A stretch of 64,000 bases of DNA. It comes from Takakia lepidozioides (taxonomy: Eukaryota; Plantae; Bryophyta). Below, piece by piece: positions 1 through 11,643 of the stretch. The notes beneath the pieces were generated by a model, which was given only the letters and a program-made list of their open reading frames with translations, searched no databases and was not told the origin of the DNA. The position numbers and the translations under genes were made by a program. Position 1 is the first letter of the stretch; the number at the start of each line of letters is the position of its first letter. The stretch is from positions 17,794,001-17,858,000 of the forward strand of contig CM060734.1 of assembly GCA_030704615.1 (NCBI GenBank), read 5' to 3'.

Positions 1-42
1 CAAAGTATCTTGCCACCTAAGTTGTTTTGGGGACAACTTGGG

Positions 43-420
43 CTACGTGGCAAAATACTTCACCGTGACATTGTCCGTGAACACCTTCACTGGGTTGGAA
101 CCAACATAGTGGCGCCAAAGCTCAAGACAGTGCACCACCGCTTTCATCTCTTTCTCGTGCGTCGGCCACCGTCGCTCCACTTCATTTAGTTTCTTACTTT
201 CGTAAGTCACTGGACGTCCATCTTGCATCAGTACACCCCCAATCTCAAAGTCCGACGTATCTGTATGAATCTCGAACGGACAATCGAACTCCGGGATTTT
301 CAAGACTGGAGCTTCCACCATCTATTGCTTCAATTCAGCAAAAGCTTGGCCACAAAAGGTGTTCCATGCCCAGACTTTGGATTTACACAGAAGGTCTGAC
401 AGCGGCCCCCGCGATCTTGG
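43..420 (-). pseudogene. Gypsy RNase H region, frameshifted from RT
   Basis: FEIHTDTSDFEIGGVLMQ...YESKKL...EKEMKAVVHCLELWRHY...VFTDN. Confidence 0.85.
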
Positions 421-459
421 CGAAATTTCTCACATACTTCCGGTAATAGGAGGCGAGTC

Positions 460-1530
460 CTAGGAAGGATCGCACTCCGGGACCGAAGTCGGAGGCTCCC
501 AGTCCAAGATTGCCCTCACCTTCCTGTCATCCATTCTGATCCCATCCTGTGTAATCACATGCCCTAGGAACTCCACTTTTGTGACCCCAAATTTGCACTT
601 TGAAGCTTTGGCATACAGCTTCCCTTCCCGCAATTTCTGGAACACCCTTTTGAGGTGCTCCAGGTGCCCCTCCTTTGTTTTCGAATACACCAAGATGTCG
701 TCGATGTACACGATCACAAAGTCATCCAACCACTCCTGGAAAAGGCTGTTCATCAGCGTGCTAAAGGTCGCGGGAGCGTTGGTGAGTCCAAAAGGCATCA
801 CCAAGAACTCATATGAACCATACCTTGTCCTGCACACGGTCTTCTCCTCATCTCCTTCCGCCACTTTAATTTGATGATAGCCGGAGCGCAGATCGATCCG
901 GCTGAAATACTTCGCTCCTGCCAACCGATCGAAAAGGTCGTTGATCCTTGGCAAAGGGTACCGGTTTTTTATAGTCACCTTATTCAAAGCCCTGTAATCG
1001 ACACACATCCGCAGCGTCCCATCCTTCTTGTCTGCGAATAGCACCGGGGCTCCGTAAGGTGACTTACTCGGCCGGATGTACCCCTTTGACATTAGATCTT
1101 TGAGCTGAGTCTTCAACTCAACCAAATCTCTGTGGCTCAACCGGTAGGGCGCCTTGGCAAGCGGTTCTGATCCCGGTATCACCTCAATCTTGTGGTCAAC
1201 TCCTCTTTGCGGTGGCAAGCTGCTTGGTAAATCCTCCAGCATCACATACTGGTATTTCTCCAAGATCCCCTTGATCCAATCTGGGCTCGGCTCCCCATCG
1301 CCTTCTCCCTTCACTTCTCTAATGTAGAGCAAAAAGTGGGGCTCGTGTGCCTCCTCCACGGCCCACTCCCTTGCTGACAAAAGGTTTATTCGCCCTCCCA
1401 CGGGTTTGGGCGTTTCTGACACTCGTAAGACCTCGCCACCATTCCCACATGGCAGCGTGACTACTCTCTTGCGGCCATCTATGACCGCTCCGGATTTGCT
1501 CAAAAAGTTCATCCCCAAAATGAGATCCAC
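460..1530 (-). CDS. Gypsy reverse transcriptase (pol fragment)
   Basis: [46 protein letters not shown]. Confidence 0.95.
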   Translation of the reverse strand: MDLILGMNFLSKSGAVIDGRKRVVTLPCGNGGEVLRVSETPKPVGGRINLLSAREWAVEEAHEPHFLLYIREVKGEGDGEPSPDWIKGILEKYQYVMLEDLPSSLPPQRGVDHKIEVIPGSEPLAKAPYRLSHRDLVELKTQLKDLMSKGYIRPSKSPYGAPVLFADKKDGTLRMCVDYRALNKVTIKNRYPLPRINDLFDRLAGAKYFSRIDLRSGYHQIKVAEGDEEKTVCRTRYGSYEFLVMPFGLTNAPATFSTLMNSLFQEWLDDFVIVYIDDILVYSKTKEGHLEHLKRVFQKLREGKLYAKASKCKFGVTKVEFLGHVITQDGIRMDDRKVRAILDWEPPTSVPECDPS

Positions 1531-1581
1531 TCCATCGATCTCGCAGATGGTGAAGTTCTCACGTCCCTCCCAACTCCCCAG

Positions 1582-1983
1582 TTAAAGAGGAACATCAAAT
1601 GCCAACCTTGTCGCCAATTGCGGTTCTCCTTTGGCAGAACGCACCTCAATAGAGGTCCCTACGTCACTTGTCGGGAGTCCCAGCTTTTGTGCTGTTGCCG
1701 GTGTCATAAAGAAGTGCGACGCTCCTGTGTCCACCAACAACGACACGTTAGTTCCGGATATTATCCCATCCACGAATAGTAACTGACTCCCTTTATGTAA
1801 GGCGCCAATTTCCTGATACAACTTACAAGAAAATTTGCCTACCTTGCAAGTCCTGGCGACCACCGCTTCCACCAAGCGACTGATGGTATCTTCGACAGCT
1901 CTGTGGTCGCCCGAGTCATGTTCAATTGCCGGGGCTTCGTGCACTTCTTGGCCATGTGCCCGGGCTCCCCGCAATTGAAACAC
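1582..1983 (-). CDS. Retrotransposon aspartic protease fragment
   Basis: LLVDTGASHFF catalytic motif; separate frame from gag and stopped before RT. Confidence 0.85.
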   Translation of the reverse strand: MFQLRGARAHGQEVHEAPAIEHDSGDHRAVEDTISRLVEAVVARTCKVGKFSCKLYQEIGALHKGSQLLFVDGIISGTNVSLLVDTGASHFFMTPATAQKLGLPTSDVGTSIEVRSAKGEPQLATRLAFDVPL

Positions 1984-3029
1984 ACTCCATCAAAGGTCGC
2001 CTTCTGTCCGCCATAGGCCGCTCCACCCGCTTTTCTTTTCGAAGCACCGGGTGCCGCCTTGACTTGTGAAGGCCCTCCCTTCAATTTCCACGTGCCATTG
2101 TCGCCGCGTGGCCTATCCCACTTCTTTTTCGGTCGGAAGGAGTCACCTTCCCGCCGGGTCTTCTTGTGGTTCAGCTCCGTACGGCCTTGTCTTTCACCCT
2201 TAGGGACATCCGAGAAACATTCGGCCCTCTCAATTGCCTCGTTCAAAGTCTTAGGTGGCTTCTCCTCCAACTTCCGCGTGGCCCATGGGGCCAGTCCCGC
2301 CACAAAGTTGAAGACCATTTCTGGTTCTGCCATGTCCGCGACTTCGAGCAATAGCACATTGAAAGCCTGGACATATCCCCGAATGTCATCTGTTTGCTTC
2401 AAATTCCTCACCTTGTCCCGGGCGAGCCAGGATGCGTTGAGGGGCACAAACTGCCTCTTCATCAATTCCTTGAACCCACTCCAGTTCAAGGTTTCCGGGC
2501 TTGGACCTCGGTCGTGAAGGCGTTTCTGCCACCATTGTTGAGCATAGCCCCTCAAATAGGTGGGAGCCACTTCCACCCGATCCTCGTCACTCAACTTGGC
2601 CGCCCGGAAGTACTGCTCCAGCTCCAAGAGCCAGGTGTTGAGTGCCTTCCGATTTCGGACGCCCTCGAAGGTGTCGGGTTCCTTAGGCTTCACCTTAAAC
2701 TTTGCCTTAGTGGAAGTGGCATTAGCCGCCTTCAACATGTCTTTCAACGTCCCGCCAAATTGCGCCAACAACCCTTCCCAAAAGGCTGTCGGCATGGGAG
2801 GCATCTGTTGGTTGGTCGGAGCTCCGAGGGATTCCTCAGGCTCCGACTCCTCAGATTCATCCCGCTCTTGAGCGGCCTCGTTTTTGGAAACATGCATCGC
2901 TTCCTCAAACGGCCGTCTCGGTGACACGTCGCCCCCATCAGGCTCACCAGGATCATCATCTTTTGGGCCGTTCCGCTTTCGCTTCGGCTTGCCCGACCCC
3001 ATGATGAGGCCAATCCCAAGGACGATCAT
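1839..3029 (-). CDS. Retrotransposon Gag with CCHC zinc knuckle
   Basis: KPKEPDTFEG...W...YF, LKQTDDIRGYVQAF, CFNCGEPGHMAKKC. Confidence 0.92.
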   Translation of the reverse strand: MIVLGIGLIMGSGKPKRKRNGPKDDDPGEPDGGDVSPRRPFEEAMHVSKNEAAQERDESEESEPEESLGAPTNQQMPPMPTAFWEGLLAQFGGTLKDMLKAANATSTKAKFKVKPKEPDTFEGVRNRKALNTWLLELEQYFRAAKLSDEDRVEVAPTYLRGYAQQWWQKRLHDRGPSPETLNWSGFKELMKRQFVPLNASWLARDKVRNLKQTDDIRGYVQAFNVLLLEVADMAEPEMVFNFVAGLAPWATRKLEEKPPKTLNEAIERAECFSDVPKGERQGRTELNHKKTRREGDSFRPKKKWDRPRGDNGTWKLKGGPSQVKAAPGASKRKAGGAAYGGQKATFDGVCFNCGEPGHMAKKCTKPRQLNMTRATTELSKIPSVAWWKRWSPGLAR

Positions 3030-3043
3030 GTACTAAACTCTAA

Positions 3044-3055
3044 GCTCTGATACAA
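3044..3055 (-). promoter_or_regulatory. Primer binding site, tRNA-iMet type with one mismatch
   Basis: Minus strand TTGTATCAGAGC versus canonical TGGTATCAGAGC, 2 nt after the CA end of the LTR. Confidence 0.8.
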
Positions 3056-3057
3056 AG

Positions 3058-3846
3058 TGTTGCGCACCTCACTTCGCTAAACCCCCCCTCAAGTTATATA
3101 TACTCGCTTGATGCGCGCGCCTAACTCCCAACCTGGCCGCCGGGCCAACTTGGAGCTTCGGCTGCTCACCGGGGCATAACGGTCCCCCTTTGATCTCCCA
3201 AAGAACCCTCCAATGATTTGGAACCAGCGGAATTTCCTTTTGTAGTTGGCAGTCCGAAACAGCTCCCCACTCTTTGGTCGCTTTCCGGCTCGCTCGCTTA
3301 CTCACTAGTTTTTGGTCACCAACGGGCTTGCACCGTTCTCGGGGTTACTACTCCCTATATATACTTCTGTAGCTGTCCGTGGGGGTTTCACAAACAACCA
3401 TGCCATTTTACGGCGAACCACCACGAACATCCTCGACTCCCGGTGATGAGTCGCGGTGAGTCTTGGCCCACCCACCACGGCCCCTATGGACCGTGATGAG
3501 TCCAAGGACTCCCCACGATTCCCACCACGAGGTCTCCGCCCCAGGGTGAGTCCTATGCCACCCCCACTAAGTCCCGCTAAGCTACCATCACCCCTTGTGG
3601 AGCCACCCCCACCGCAACCCGGTGTGCGGGGCTCCACCTAGTGAGCGCCTCCGCCTCCTTGAGTGCCTTGGGCACTCAAGGGTGCTTCAGCCCCCCATAC
3701 CTATCGCTGCCACTGCCCCCACCATAGGGGCAGCCCCTCTTGTGTCCCGACCCCCTTCCCTCAAGGCAAAGGCCCGCGACAGCTAGTGTACCTTGCTTTC
3801 CAAATTCTTTGATAAAGGCGGGAGGAATGTATAGTCCTGTATTACA
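3058..3846 (-). repeat. 5' LTR of the Gypsy element (about 790 bp)
   Basis: Minus strand starts TGTAATAC (3846) and ends CA (3058) next to the PBS. The partner LTR is outside the window, so the outer edge is inferred. Confidence 0.7.
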
Positions 3847-4995
3847 GGGTTGCAAACAACCATGCTAGATTATGGAGGAAAACAAAAATCCCAACACTAG
3901 AAGGAAAACGTGGAATAACCACTGGCCCCCTTAACCACTCTTGTCTTTTATCACTCTATAGATCACTCCAAGTAATGGTAACCACTGGCCAGTGGTTAAT
4001 TCCGATGAAATGCCACGGTGGCATCATATGGAGTGGTTGGAAGTGGTTTCAACCACTGAGTAATCCACGTGTAATATTTAATTTTATATTTATTATTCGA
4101 TATTTGGTCAAATATTTATATTAATAATGATAATATCCGACATGGACGGGTACAGTGATAAATTATGAGTGGTTAAAGACACCTCAGTGATGGGAAGTGG
4201 TTGAAACCACTTTCTACTCCACGTGTAATAATTTTTTTTTAAAGATTTTTATCATTTCAAAATATATTATTCCACGTGGACGAGGATAGTATACGTAGAT
4301 TTGGAGTGGTTAAAGACCCCCCAGTGATTGGTACCACTTGCACAGTGGTGGAATGTGAGTGGTTAAGACCCTTTTGTAACTGGAACCACTCTTCAAGTGG
4401 GCACGTGTGAGTGGTTACATACACGTGAGTGATTGGTACCACTTCTGTGGTGGGTTGTGAGTGGTTGAAGACACCTGAGTGATGGGAGGTGATTGAAACC
4501 ACTTGCTACTCCACGTGTAATAATTCAATTTTTATTTAAGATTTATCATTTCGAAGTATATTTTAATTATGAACTATATTATTCCACGTGGACGGGGACC
4601 GTATACGTAGATCTGGAGTGGTTAAAGACCCCCATTGATTGGTACCACTTTGAGAGTGGTGTAGAGTTAGTGGTTACAGACCATTTAGTAACTGGAACCA
4701 CTCGGCCAGTGGTTACGCGTGAGTGATTACATACACACCAGTGATTGGTATATTTACTTCTGTGGTGATACATGAAAAACTTTAGTGGTTTGTGTGTTGA
4801 TGGAAAACCCAAAATCCATCCATCTATCGCTACATTCATCCATCCAGTCATGAGTAGAGGGGACTTAGCGTTTTTTTTGTCTTCCCTGCCACTGTGGCAT
4901 CTGTTTGTTTTCTTTGTGTCGAGTTTGATCGTGAGAGACAAACAAGACAGAGCTGTGTTTGTTTTCTTATAGTGTCGAGTCTGATCATGAGAGAC

Positions 4996-5609
4996 GACGG
5001 GCGGAGTTGGTGGGATGGGGGCAGACAGGGACTCAAGACCTAGAATCGGGGCATGAAGGTGTGCACGATGGTGGGACAACCGTGATCGCAAGGTGTGGCT
5101 TTTTCTCAATGTACAATGACGAGCGGAGCTGGTGGGATAGGGGGCAGACAGGGACTCAAGACCTAGAATCGGGGCATGAAGGCGTGCACAATGGTGGGAC
5201 AACCGCGATCGCAAAGTGTGGCTTTTCTCAATGTACAATGACGAGCGGAGCTGGTGGGATAGGGGGCAGACATGGACTCAAGCCCTAGAATCGGGGCATG
5301 AAGGCTTGCACGATGGTGGGACAACCGCGATCGCAAGGTGTGGCTTTTTCTCAATGTACGATGACGAGTGGAGCTGGTGGGATAGGGGGCAGATAGGGAC
5401 TCAAACCCTAGAATTGGGGCATGAAGGCGTGCACGATGGTGGGACAATCGCGATCGCAAGGTGTGGCTTTTTCTCAATGTACGATGACGAGTGGAGCTGG
5501 TGGGATAGGGGGCAGACAGATACTCAAGCCCTAGAATTGGGGCATGAAGGCGTGCATGATGGTGGGACAATCGCGATCGCAAGGTGTGGCTTTTTCTCAA
5601 TGTACGATG
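4996..5609 (+). repeat. Tandem repeat, about 122-bp unit x5
   Basis: Units start near 4996, 5118, 5240, 5363 and 5486; each contains TGGTGGGACAA(C/T)CG(C/T)GATCGCAA(G/A) (WWDNRDRK). Confidence 0.9.
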
Positions 5610-6109
5610 TGAAGAAGTTTGTCCATCCTGCAAATGCGGGCTCTTGGCTCCTGTTAGACGTACCATGATTTCGTATTCTTCCTGATGTTTACAAGGTTCT
5701 TGGGAGAGTCAGGTTGGTCTTAGCAGGTCGTGTTTCAAGGTCGTGTTTCAATCTCTGCTCGCTCAGCTGCACCGTGGTGGTTCTCATGGACCAATCCGCC
5801 ATTACCAGACTACAGACACAAGCAGCACACACAAGAGGTCCGTTTGGGTTCATGGGGAGTCAAATCCTCCATGGGTCATGACACAAGGTCGAGGACAATG
5901 TGGTGAGGACACCTTCTTCTTCGACCTATTTCAGAGCTTGCATGAGTTTTTTACCGATCCTTGCCGATGGTGGGACAATCGCAATCGCAAGGTGTGGCTT
6001 TTCCTTAATGTAGGATGTGAAGAAGTTTGTCCATCCTACAAATGCGGGCTTTTGGCTCCTGTTAGTACCATGATTTGGTATTCTTCTGTTTACAAGGTTC
6101 TTGGGAGAA

Positions 6110-6535
6110 TCAGCTTGGTCTTAGCAGCCCGCTGATTCATTTCCTGATTCAACCTATTTCAGCCTGTTTTGCCCTCTTATCAGACTCGGGCCTGATATGC
6201 ATATTGAATTCTGTAAGTTAGCTCGTTGGTGCAAGAGAGAGAGTCAGCTTGGTCTTAGCAGGCCATGAGGGCACCTTCTTCTTCAACCTATTTCAGCCTG
6301 TTTTGCCCTCTTATCAGACTCAGGCCTGATATGCATATTGAATTCTGTTAAGTTAGCTCATTGGTGCTAGAGAGAGAGTCAGCTTGGTCTTAGCAGGCCG
6401 TGAGGGCACCTTCTTCTTCAACCTATTTCAGCCTATTTTGCCTTCTTATCAGACTCGGGCCTGATATGCATATTGAATTCTGTAAGTTAGCTCGTTGGTG
6501 CAAGAGAGAGCGTCAGCTTGGTCTTAGCAGGCCGT
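6110..6535 (+). repeat. Tandem repeat, about 134-bp unit x3 plus a partial copy
   Basis: TCAGCTTGGTCTTAGCAG...GAATTCTGTAAGTTAGCTC recurs near 6110, 6244, 6379 and 6513. Confidence 0.88.
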
Positions 6536-7253
6536 GCCTTGTTCAAAGCTGGAATTGTACCTAATGTCATTCTGAACACTGCCCGGCAACTCTGGAAAAG
6601 GGGAAAGAGGTCGACATGTTTGCAAAATGTGAGGTTGCATGGGAGGGAAGGATGTATGCATGATTTTGTGTAGAGCTTGGATAGCTGAGGGAGCAGGGGT
6701 AGAGTCTGGCCGGTCCAGATTCATCCAAGAGGGTGGGACTTCAAGCTCACGATTACCTATAATTCCTTGTGGATCAATAGCTGCAAGAAACTTGCATGGG
6801 TAGATGGTCAATTGGAAGCCGCAGCAACAGCGACACAATTGATAAAATCAGGCACTACTAATGAAGGCACCTTCTTCAACACATTTTCACCCTATTTTTC
6901 CCTCTTATCAGAATTGGCCCTAAATTTTCATGTTGAATTCTGCAAGTTAGCTGGTTGAGTGAACCTTTGATAGTTTGGAGTGACTTTGACATGGTACTGC
7001 CAATGTGACAACAGGGAAGTATTCAGAAACAGATAACAGCTGAGACGAGGAGAAACTGTGGAATGAATACTTTTCTGACCCCAGTCCATGGTGGGACAAT
7101 CGAGGCAAAAAGGTGAATGCCTGTTGGATTACAGAGAGTAGTAGATGCAATTGACCATAATGATACGTTGTTGGGTGTTTCCTACAACAAATCTAGGCTA
7201 TCATTGTCAGGTGCTAGCAGCAAGGCAAGGATGTATGCATGATTTGTGCAGCG

Positions 7254-8103
7254 CACTACAACAGATCGCGGTATTTATGACTGTATATATGACTATTCTA
7301 CAGTCATAAACAGTACATATGACTTCTATGATTGTAAGTCATGCAAACCAAGTCAATACAATGAGTACAGGATGGTACGGTCCGGATGACTATAGTCATA
7401 TGAACCAAGTGATATCTCTCACTACAGTCATATATACCATACTGCAGCCGCCGCTGCCGCGCCACATGGCGAGGCGCAATTGATTTGAAAAATAAAATAA
7501 AATAAAACTAAAACTAAAAAAATAAAAACATATGTCAAATGCTGCGTCGCACCGCATTGTGCCACGTGGCATAATGCATTTTATAATAATGAAAAAACCA
7601 CGTGGCAGTCCATCTAGGGTACCATATACAATCCCTAGCTCGCCTACTAACCCTAGGGCCATCTTATCCATTTGATTGTACTTAGAGGAGTTTGAACCTG
7701 CAACCTCTTTATTATAAGAGTTTTAGTTCACTACCTGTTAACCAATACACCCATTAGTCATTCATATGATCATATGGTGTTTTAATTGTATTATACACAC
7801 CAAATTACAAAATCCCCAGTAGTCATCATGACTATGTAACCTCATCCATGTACACTGTAGTCATGGAAATGATTATGAATGGTGAGCTAAATCTGGTCAA
7901 TTGTCGTTGACCAGCCTTCCGCCCATTCCGGAGCCTTGTAGTCATACAGACGACTATTTAGATAGTCGTTCATATGACTACAGTCGTATGAACGACTGCG
8001 GGAGGTCAATTTTATATAAAAACATGGTGCAATCATGGTCAAAGTCATGAAAACCATGACTACCACGGTTTGGCAGTCATAACTACCGCGATCTGTTGTA
8101 ATG
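7254..8103. mobile_element. Small non-autonomous CACTA element nested in the larger CACTA
   Basis: TIR CA(C/T)TACAACAGATCGCGGTA(T/G)TTATGACTG; TSD GCG (7251-7253, 8104-8106); the joined flanks resemble the uninterrupted copy near 6650-6700. Confidence 0.9.
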
Positions 8104-8319
8104 GCGGCATGGATAGCTGAAGGAGCAGAGATAGAGTCTGGGTCCAGATTCATCCAAGAGGGCCAGACTTCAAGCTCCAGATTACCTATGATTCCATGTG
8201 GATCAATAGCTACAAGAAACCTGCTGCATGGGTAGATGGTCAACTAAAGGTAGCAGCTACAGCGGCACAGTTGATAAAATCAGACACCTCAACCATGACC
8301 ACACCTTCTGAAAGAGGAT

Positions 8320-8600
8320 CAAGAGAGGTGGCTGAACGAGATATGGTGTTTCGGAGTGCCATGATTGCAAGGTATGTGCAGCATGGGTATGGGATTAAGG
8401 TTTTGGAAACCTAGGAGCAAATGATGTGGGAAGGGATGAAGCAAGACCAGGTCATGTTCATTTGTGTTTGTAATATGCATATGGGAGCCTAGCAGCCCTG
8501 GGAAGGGGCAAAGAGGTTCATGGTGACATTATCAAAGCTGGAATTGTACCAGATGTCATTCTGAACTTTCCCCTGGTGTACATCTATATCAAATGTGAGC
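8320..8600 (+). pseudogene. Captured PLS-class PPR fragment
   Basis: ERDMVFRSAMIARYVQHGYGIKVLET*EQMMWEGMK...; similar to the PPR motifs at 62400-63070. Confidence 0.75.
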
Positions 8601-10269
8601 ATGGCAGCCCTGGCCAGAGAAGAACATGAAGAGGGCTTACAATTTCATTCGCCCGGGCGTAGACATTGTTGGCAATGAGAAGAAGGCAGGAAAGCAGTTC
8701 AATGTTCCTAGCATGCATGCGGAGACGCCGTGTAGAAGTTAGGCTCAGACTTTTATCATGGCTGGATTTTGTTGACAGTGTTCCAGCACTTACTCTCTGG
8801 GATTCTATTTTATTTGTGGAGCTGGAATCCCCAATTGTACTTTCACTACACTAGTGGTATTTGTTCATCTAGTCATGTTCCTAATCACTTGCACGCCACT
8901 GTAATAGTGGTATAATTTAAAACTGTAAGAGTAGCCAAATACACACAATTGCCTCCATTACCACTCCTGTAGTGGTATAAGTAATCACCTATATATTACT
9001 GTATTAGTGGTATGAATTCCTCCAGTGGTATTCCTAATCACTTACACACCACTCTGTTAGTAATCATTCCAATCCATAGTTCCCACTTAGAGAGACACCA
9101 TGGATGATTCAAACAACTTACATACCACTATGTGGGTAATCATTCCAATGACCTGCTGAGAGATGTCATCCACTCAAATAACCACGGTTTGAGTGATATT
9201 GTATATTCTCAGTTTTCATAGAATGACTCTGTGAGTCATTTCGCGATCACTCAACAAGTGGTTTCGGAAGTTGTTGAATTTTTCACTCCATCCATTTCGT
9301 AGCACCGACACATGACACGTGTCCATGATGAGAGTGTTGCCACATGTCAACATAATCTCCAATATCATCCACGGACCACCGACTTCCACGTGTCCACTGG
9401 AAAACGGAATTGGTTACTTTACCACAATGACACGTCAGTTTACCACTGTGACACGTCAGAAGTGGTTGGTTTACCTCAGTGACACGTCACAGTGGTGAGT
9501 TTATACGTCACAGTGGTTAATTTACCACTGTGACATGTCAACGAATAGGTGGATCCGGACGTGAGTGGTTCGAACCACTGTCCTTAACCACCGATGCCAC
9601 GTAATGTCTTTTATCACTCACTTGTCCTAATCCACTAGTTCTTCATCACTCTGGGGCCAGAGTGGTTTAGTGTCTTTTACCACTCAAAATGAGTGGTTAA
9701 CAGAGTGGTTATTCCGCGTTTTCCTTCTAGTGCAATCACACATATAGGATGGATCATTCTCGTCTGCATGTGACCTTGGCTGTCGGCCCCCTTCCACGCA
9801 CAAAAGCCCTCCCACACTTGCGATTACGTCGTGCACATCCCTTGCCAGGAATGCCAAGGCTGGCATGATCATCCAGAGCCGTTTCTGCAATGTCGGATCT
9901 CTATATTGTCATCACAATCCATTATCGTTTGTTTGACCAAGTGATTGGTCACTAGATCACCAGTCACACCTTCATAGGCGTGGGCATGTGGCCTGCAAGT
10001 GTTGGGCTGCCAATTACAAACCCACTACAACGTTGCACTACAACCATAATCTCATCATTGCCACTCCGTTATATCTCCTCGATGCAAGGCCAGCAAACAC
10101 AAATCTGCATTGTGGGTTGAAATCTCACCTAAGGTTAAGTTGGCAAAATAAAAAAGGTGGAAATAGATGGAAATACATAACATAATTTTGGATGGGTGGG
10201 TGTTAGGGACAACTTAACACACCAAATTACCGTTATTATGGTTATGTTGAAGATATTAGAGGAAAACAT

Positions 10270-11001
10270 GGAAATAGTCATCCACGACTTATCCAGTGAT
10301 GATGAAGACTGTATGGTCCTTCCATCGTATGTTTCGAAGTCGTCCGTCACTAGGATTGTTCAGATGTCGGCAGACAATGAGCACACACCCTCGGACTCAA
10401 CTTCCGTCCGCTCAATAATCGACATATTGCGGAGGATGAAGACAGCGGGTTCCCGCTCCAGTGACCTTCTTAGGCTTGATTACTCCCTTTTCACATGTTT
10501 GGGCTTCTCTACTTGTGAAGAGGTGCCCACATCCCTCATGGCAGACTTCACATCTTGTACGCCAGACCCTCTTGTGGAAGGAGGATCAACCAAGTTCCAG
10601 CGTGGGAACTCTTTACGCACGATTTCGCCAATTGCACTGTACCGGATGGATTCAGAAGCTAGGAGCCGCCACTCTTTGCCCTTTCCGAAATCTGCATGCA
10701 GAATGATGGCACTTTCCAGAAAATTTCCATAAGCATCATTCGTCTCCTCTTCCAAAAACACCGTTCCAGGGCGGAGCCCGAACTTCACACACAAGTACTG
10801 CTCAGTGACAATCGCAAATCCTTGGTCGCAGGGTATTTTAGTTTTCAGAGAATCAGGATGGAAGTACACGTTTACCCAAACACGGGAGTCCATGTTGAAG
10901 ACCGTAACTCTCGGTAGGCTCCGCAGTGAAGTCCTGCAATGAGAAGAGTGTGTCCTATATAATACCACAATCATTTTTCTGGAGGATTCTGTATCCAACA
11001 T
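10270..11001 (-). pseudogene. 5' remnant of the E2 transposase gene; 10277-10484 lies inverted on the + strand
   Basis: GFAIVTEQYLCVKFGLRPGTVFLEEE matches 50340-ORF GFAIVLEHVLATRFQLQNGSIFLEKE; VIHDLSSDDED...RSIIDILRR...SDLLRLDYS matches E1 VFDISDEEDE...RSIVQLLQQ...SELAALDYA. Confidence 0.75.
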
Positions 11002-11143
11002 GATGAGTGATCAGTGCACGTATGGATGAAGGTGTGTAACGTACGTTACAAATACGGAAGACCACAACAAATTCACATCAGAAATTGGGTGCCTGAATTG
11101 TGATGTACCACCAGTTGGGCAACAATAAATCAGGCCTTATCAT

Positions 11144-11643
11144 GAATTTCGGTACCGAAATCCGGATGAACATCTCTGTCATGTAACAAATTTGGAAGCC
11201 ACGGGATGTTCCTGCGACAGAATTCGAAATTAGTTCACCTCATGAAACTGAGCAAGCACCCGACGGATGGATTTCGGTGCCGAAATTCGGATGAACATGT
11301 TCTTCATGAAATTGTTTCTGCACACAAAGGATGAATTTCGATGCCGAAATACGGATGAATGTGTTCGTGATTAGAGTCATCATTCACCACGTGTAAGGAT
11401 TTTGGTGCCGAATCCGGATGAGAGTAACCCTGAATCTGCACTAGGGATGACTTTCGGCGCCGAAATTCATCGTTCGCATTGGAAAAATATTATTGGAGGG
11501 AGGACATCCAAAGTCCTCCCTCCAATATTTATTTTTCTTTGAGATCGATGAATTTCGGCGCCAAAATTCATCCCTACTGTCAGCAAAGGGTAACTCCAAT
11601 ATTACATTTTCCGTGCGACGGATGAATTTTGGCACCGAAATTC
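11144..11643. repeat. E2 palindrome cluster, GAATTTCGGCGCCGAAATTC
   Basis: Copies near 11144, 11270, 11333, 11398, 11449, 11550 and 11624; the cluster resumes at 40885 after E1. Confidence 0.88.

Larger units (their letters stand above)
1..3846 (-). mobile_element. Ty3/Gypsy LTR retrotransposon, 5' part; continues beyond the left edge of the window
   Basis: Minus-strand order is LTR, PBS, gag, protease, RT, RNase H. RT directly follows protease, the Gypsy order. Confidence 0.95.
5780..8290 (+). pseudogene. Captured fragments of an organellar ssDNA-binding (OSB-type, PDF-motif) gene
   Basis: EFFTDPCRWWDNRNRK (~5945), DFKLTITYNSLWINSCKKLAWV (~6737), KLWNEYFSDPSPWWDNRGKK (~7053), PDFKLQITYDSMWINSYKKPAAWV (~8163). 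Confidence 0.7.
3895..9732. mobile_element. Non-autonomous CACTA (EnSpm) element carrying host gene fragments
   Basis: 29-bp TIR CACTAGAAGGAAAACG(T/C)GGAATAACCACT at both ends; 3-bp TSD CAA (3892-3894, 9733-9735); many ACCACT/AGTGGT subterminal repeats; no transposase seen. Confidence 0.93.
3847..9890 (-). pseudogene. Possible F-box-associated gene remnant in two pieces (9733-9890 and 3847-3894), split by the CACTA and cut by the Gypsy
   Basis: Removing the CACTA and one CAA gives ...VIASVGGLLCV...MCDWDFCFPP*SSMVVCNP. GLLC and VCNP are typical plant F-box-associated motifs. Confidence 0.4.

Noticed and set aside
4579-5668. Long ORFs over the 122-bp tandem repeat
   Set aside because: Repeat-derived, frame-cycling peptides on both strands.
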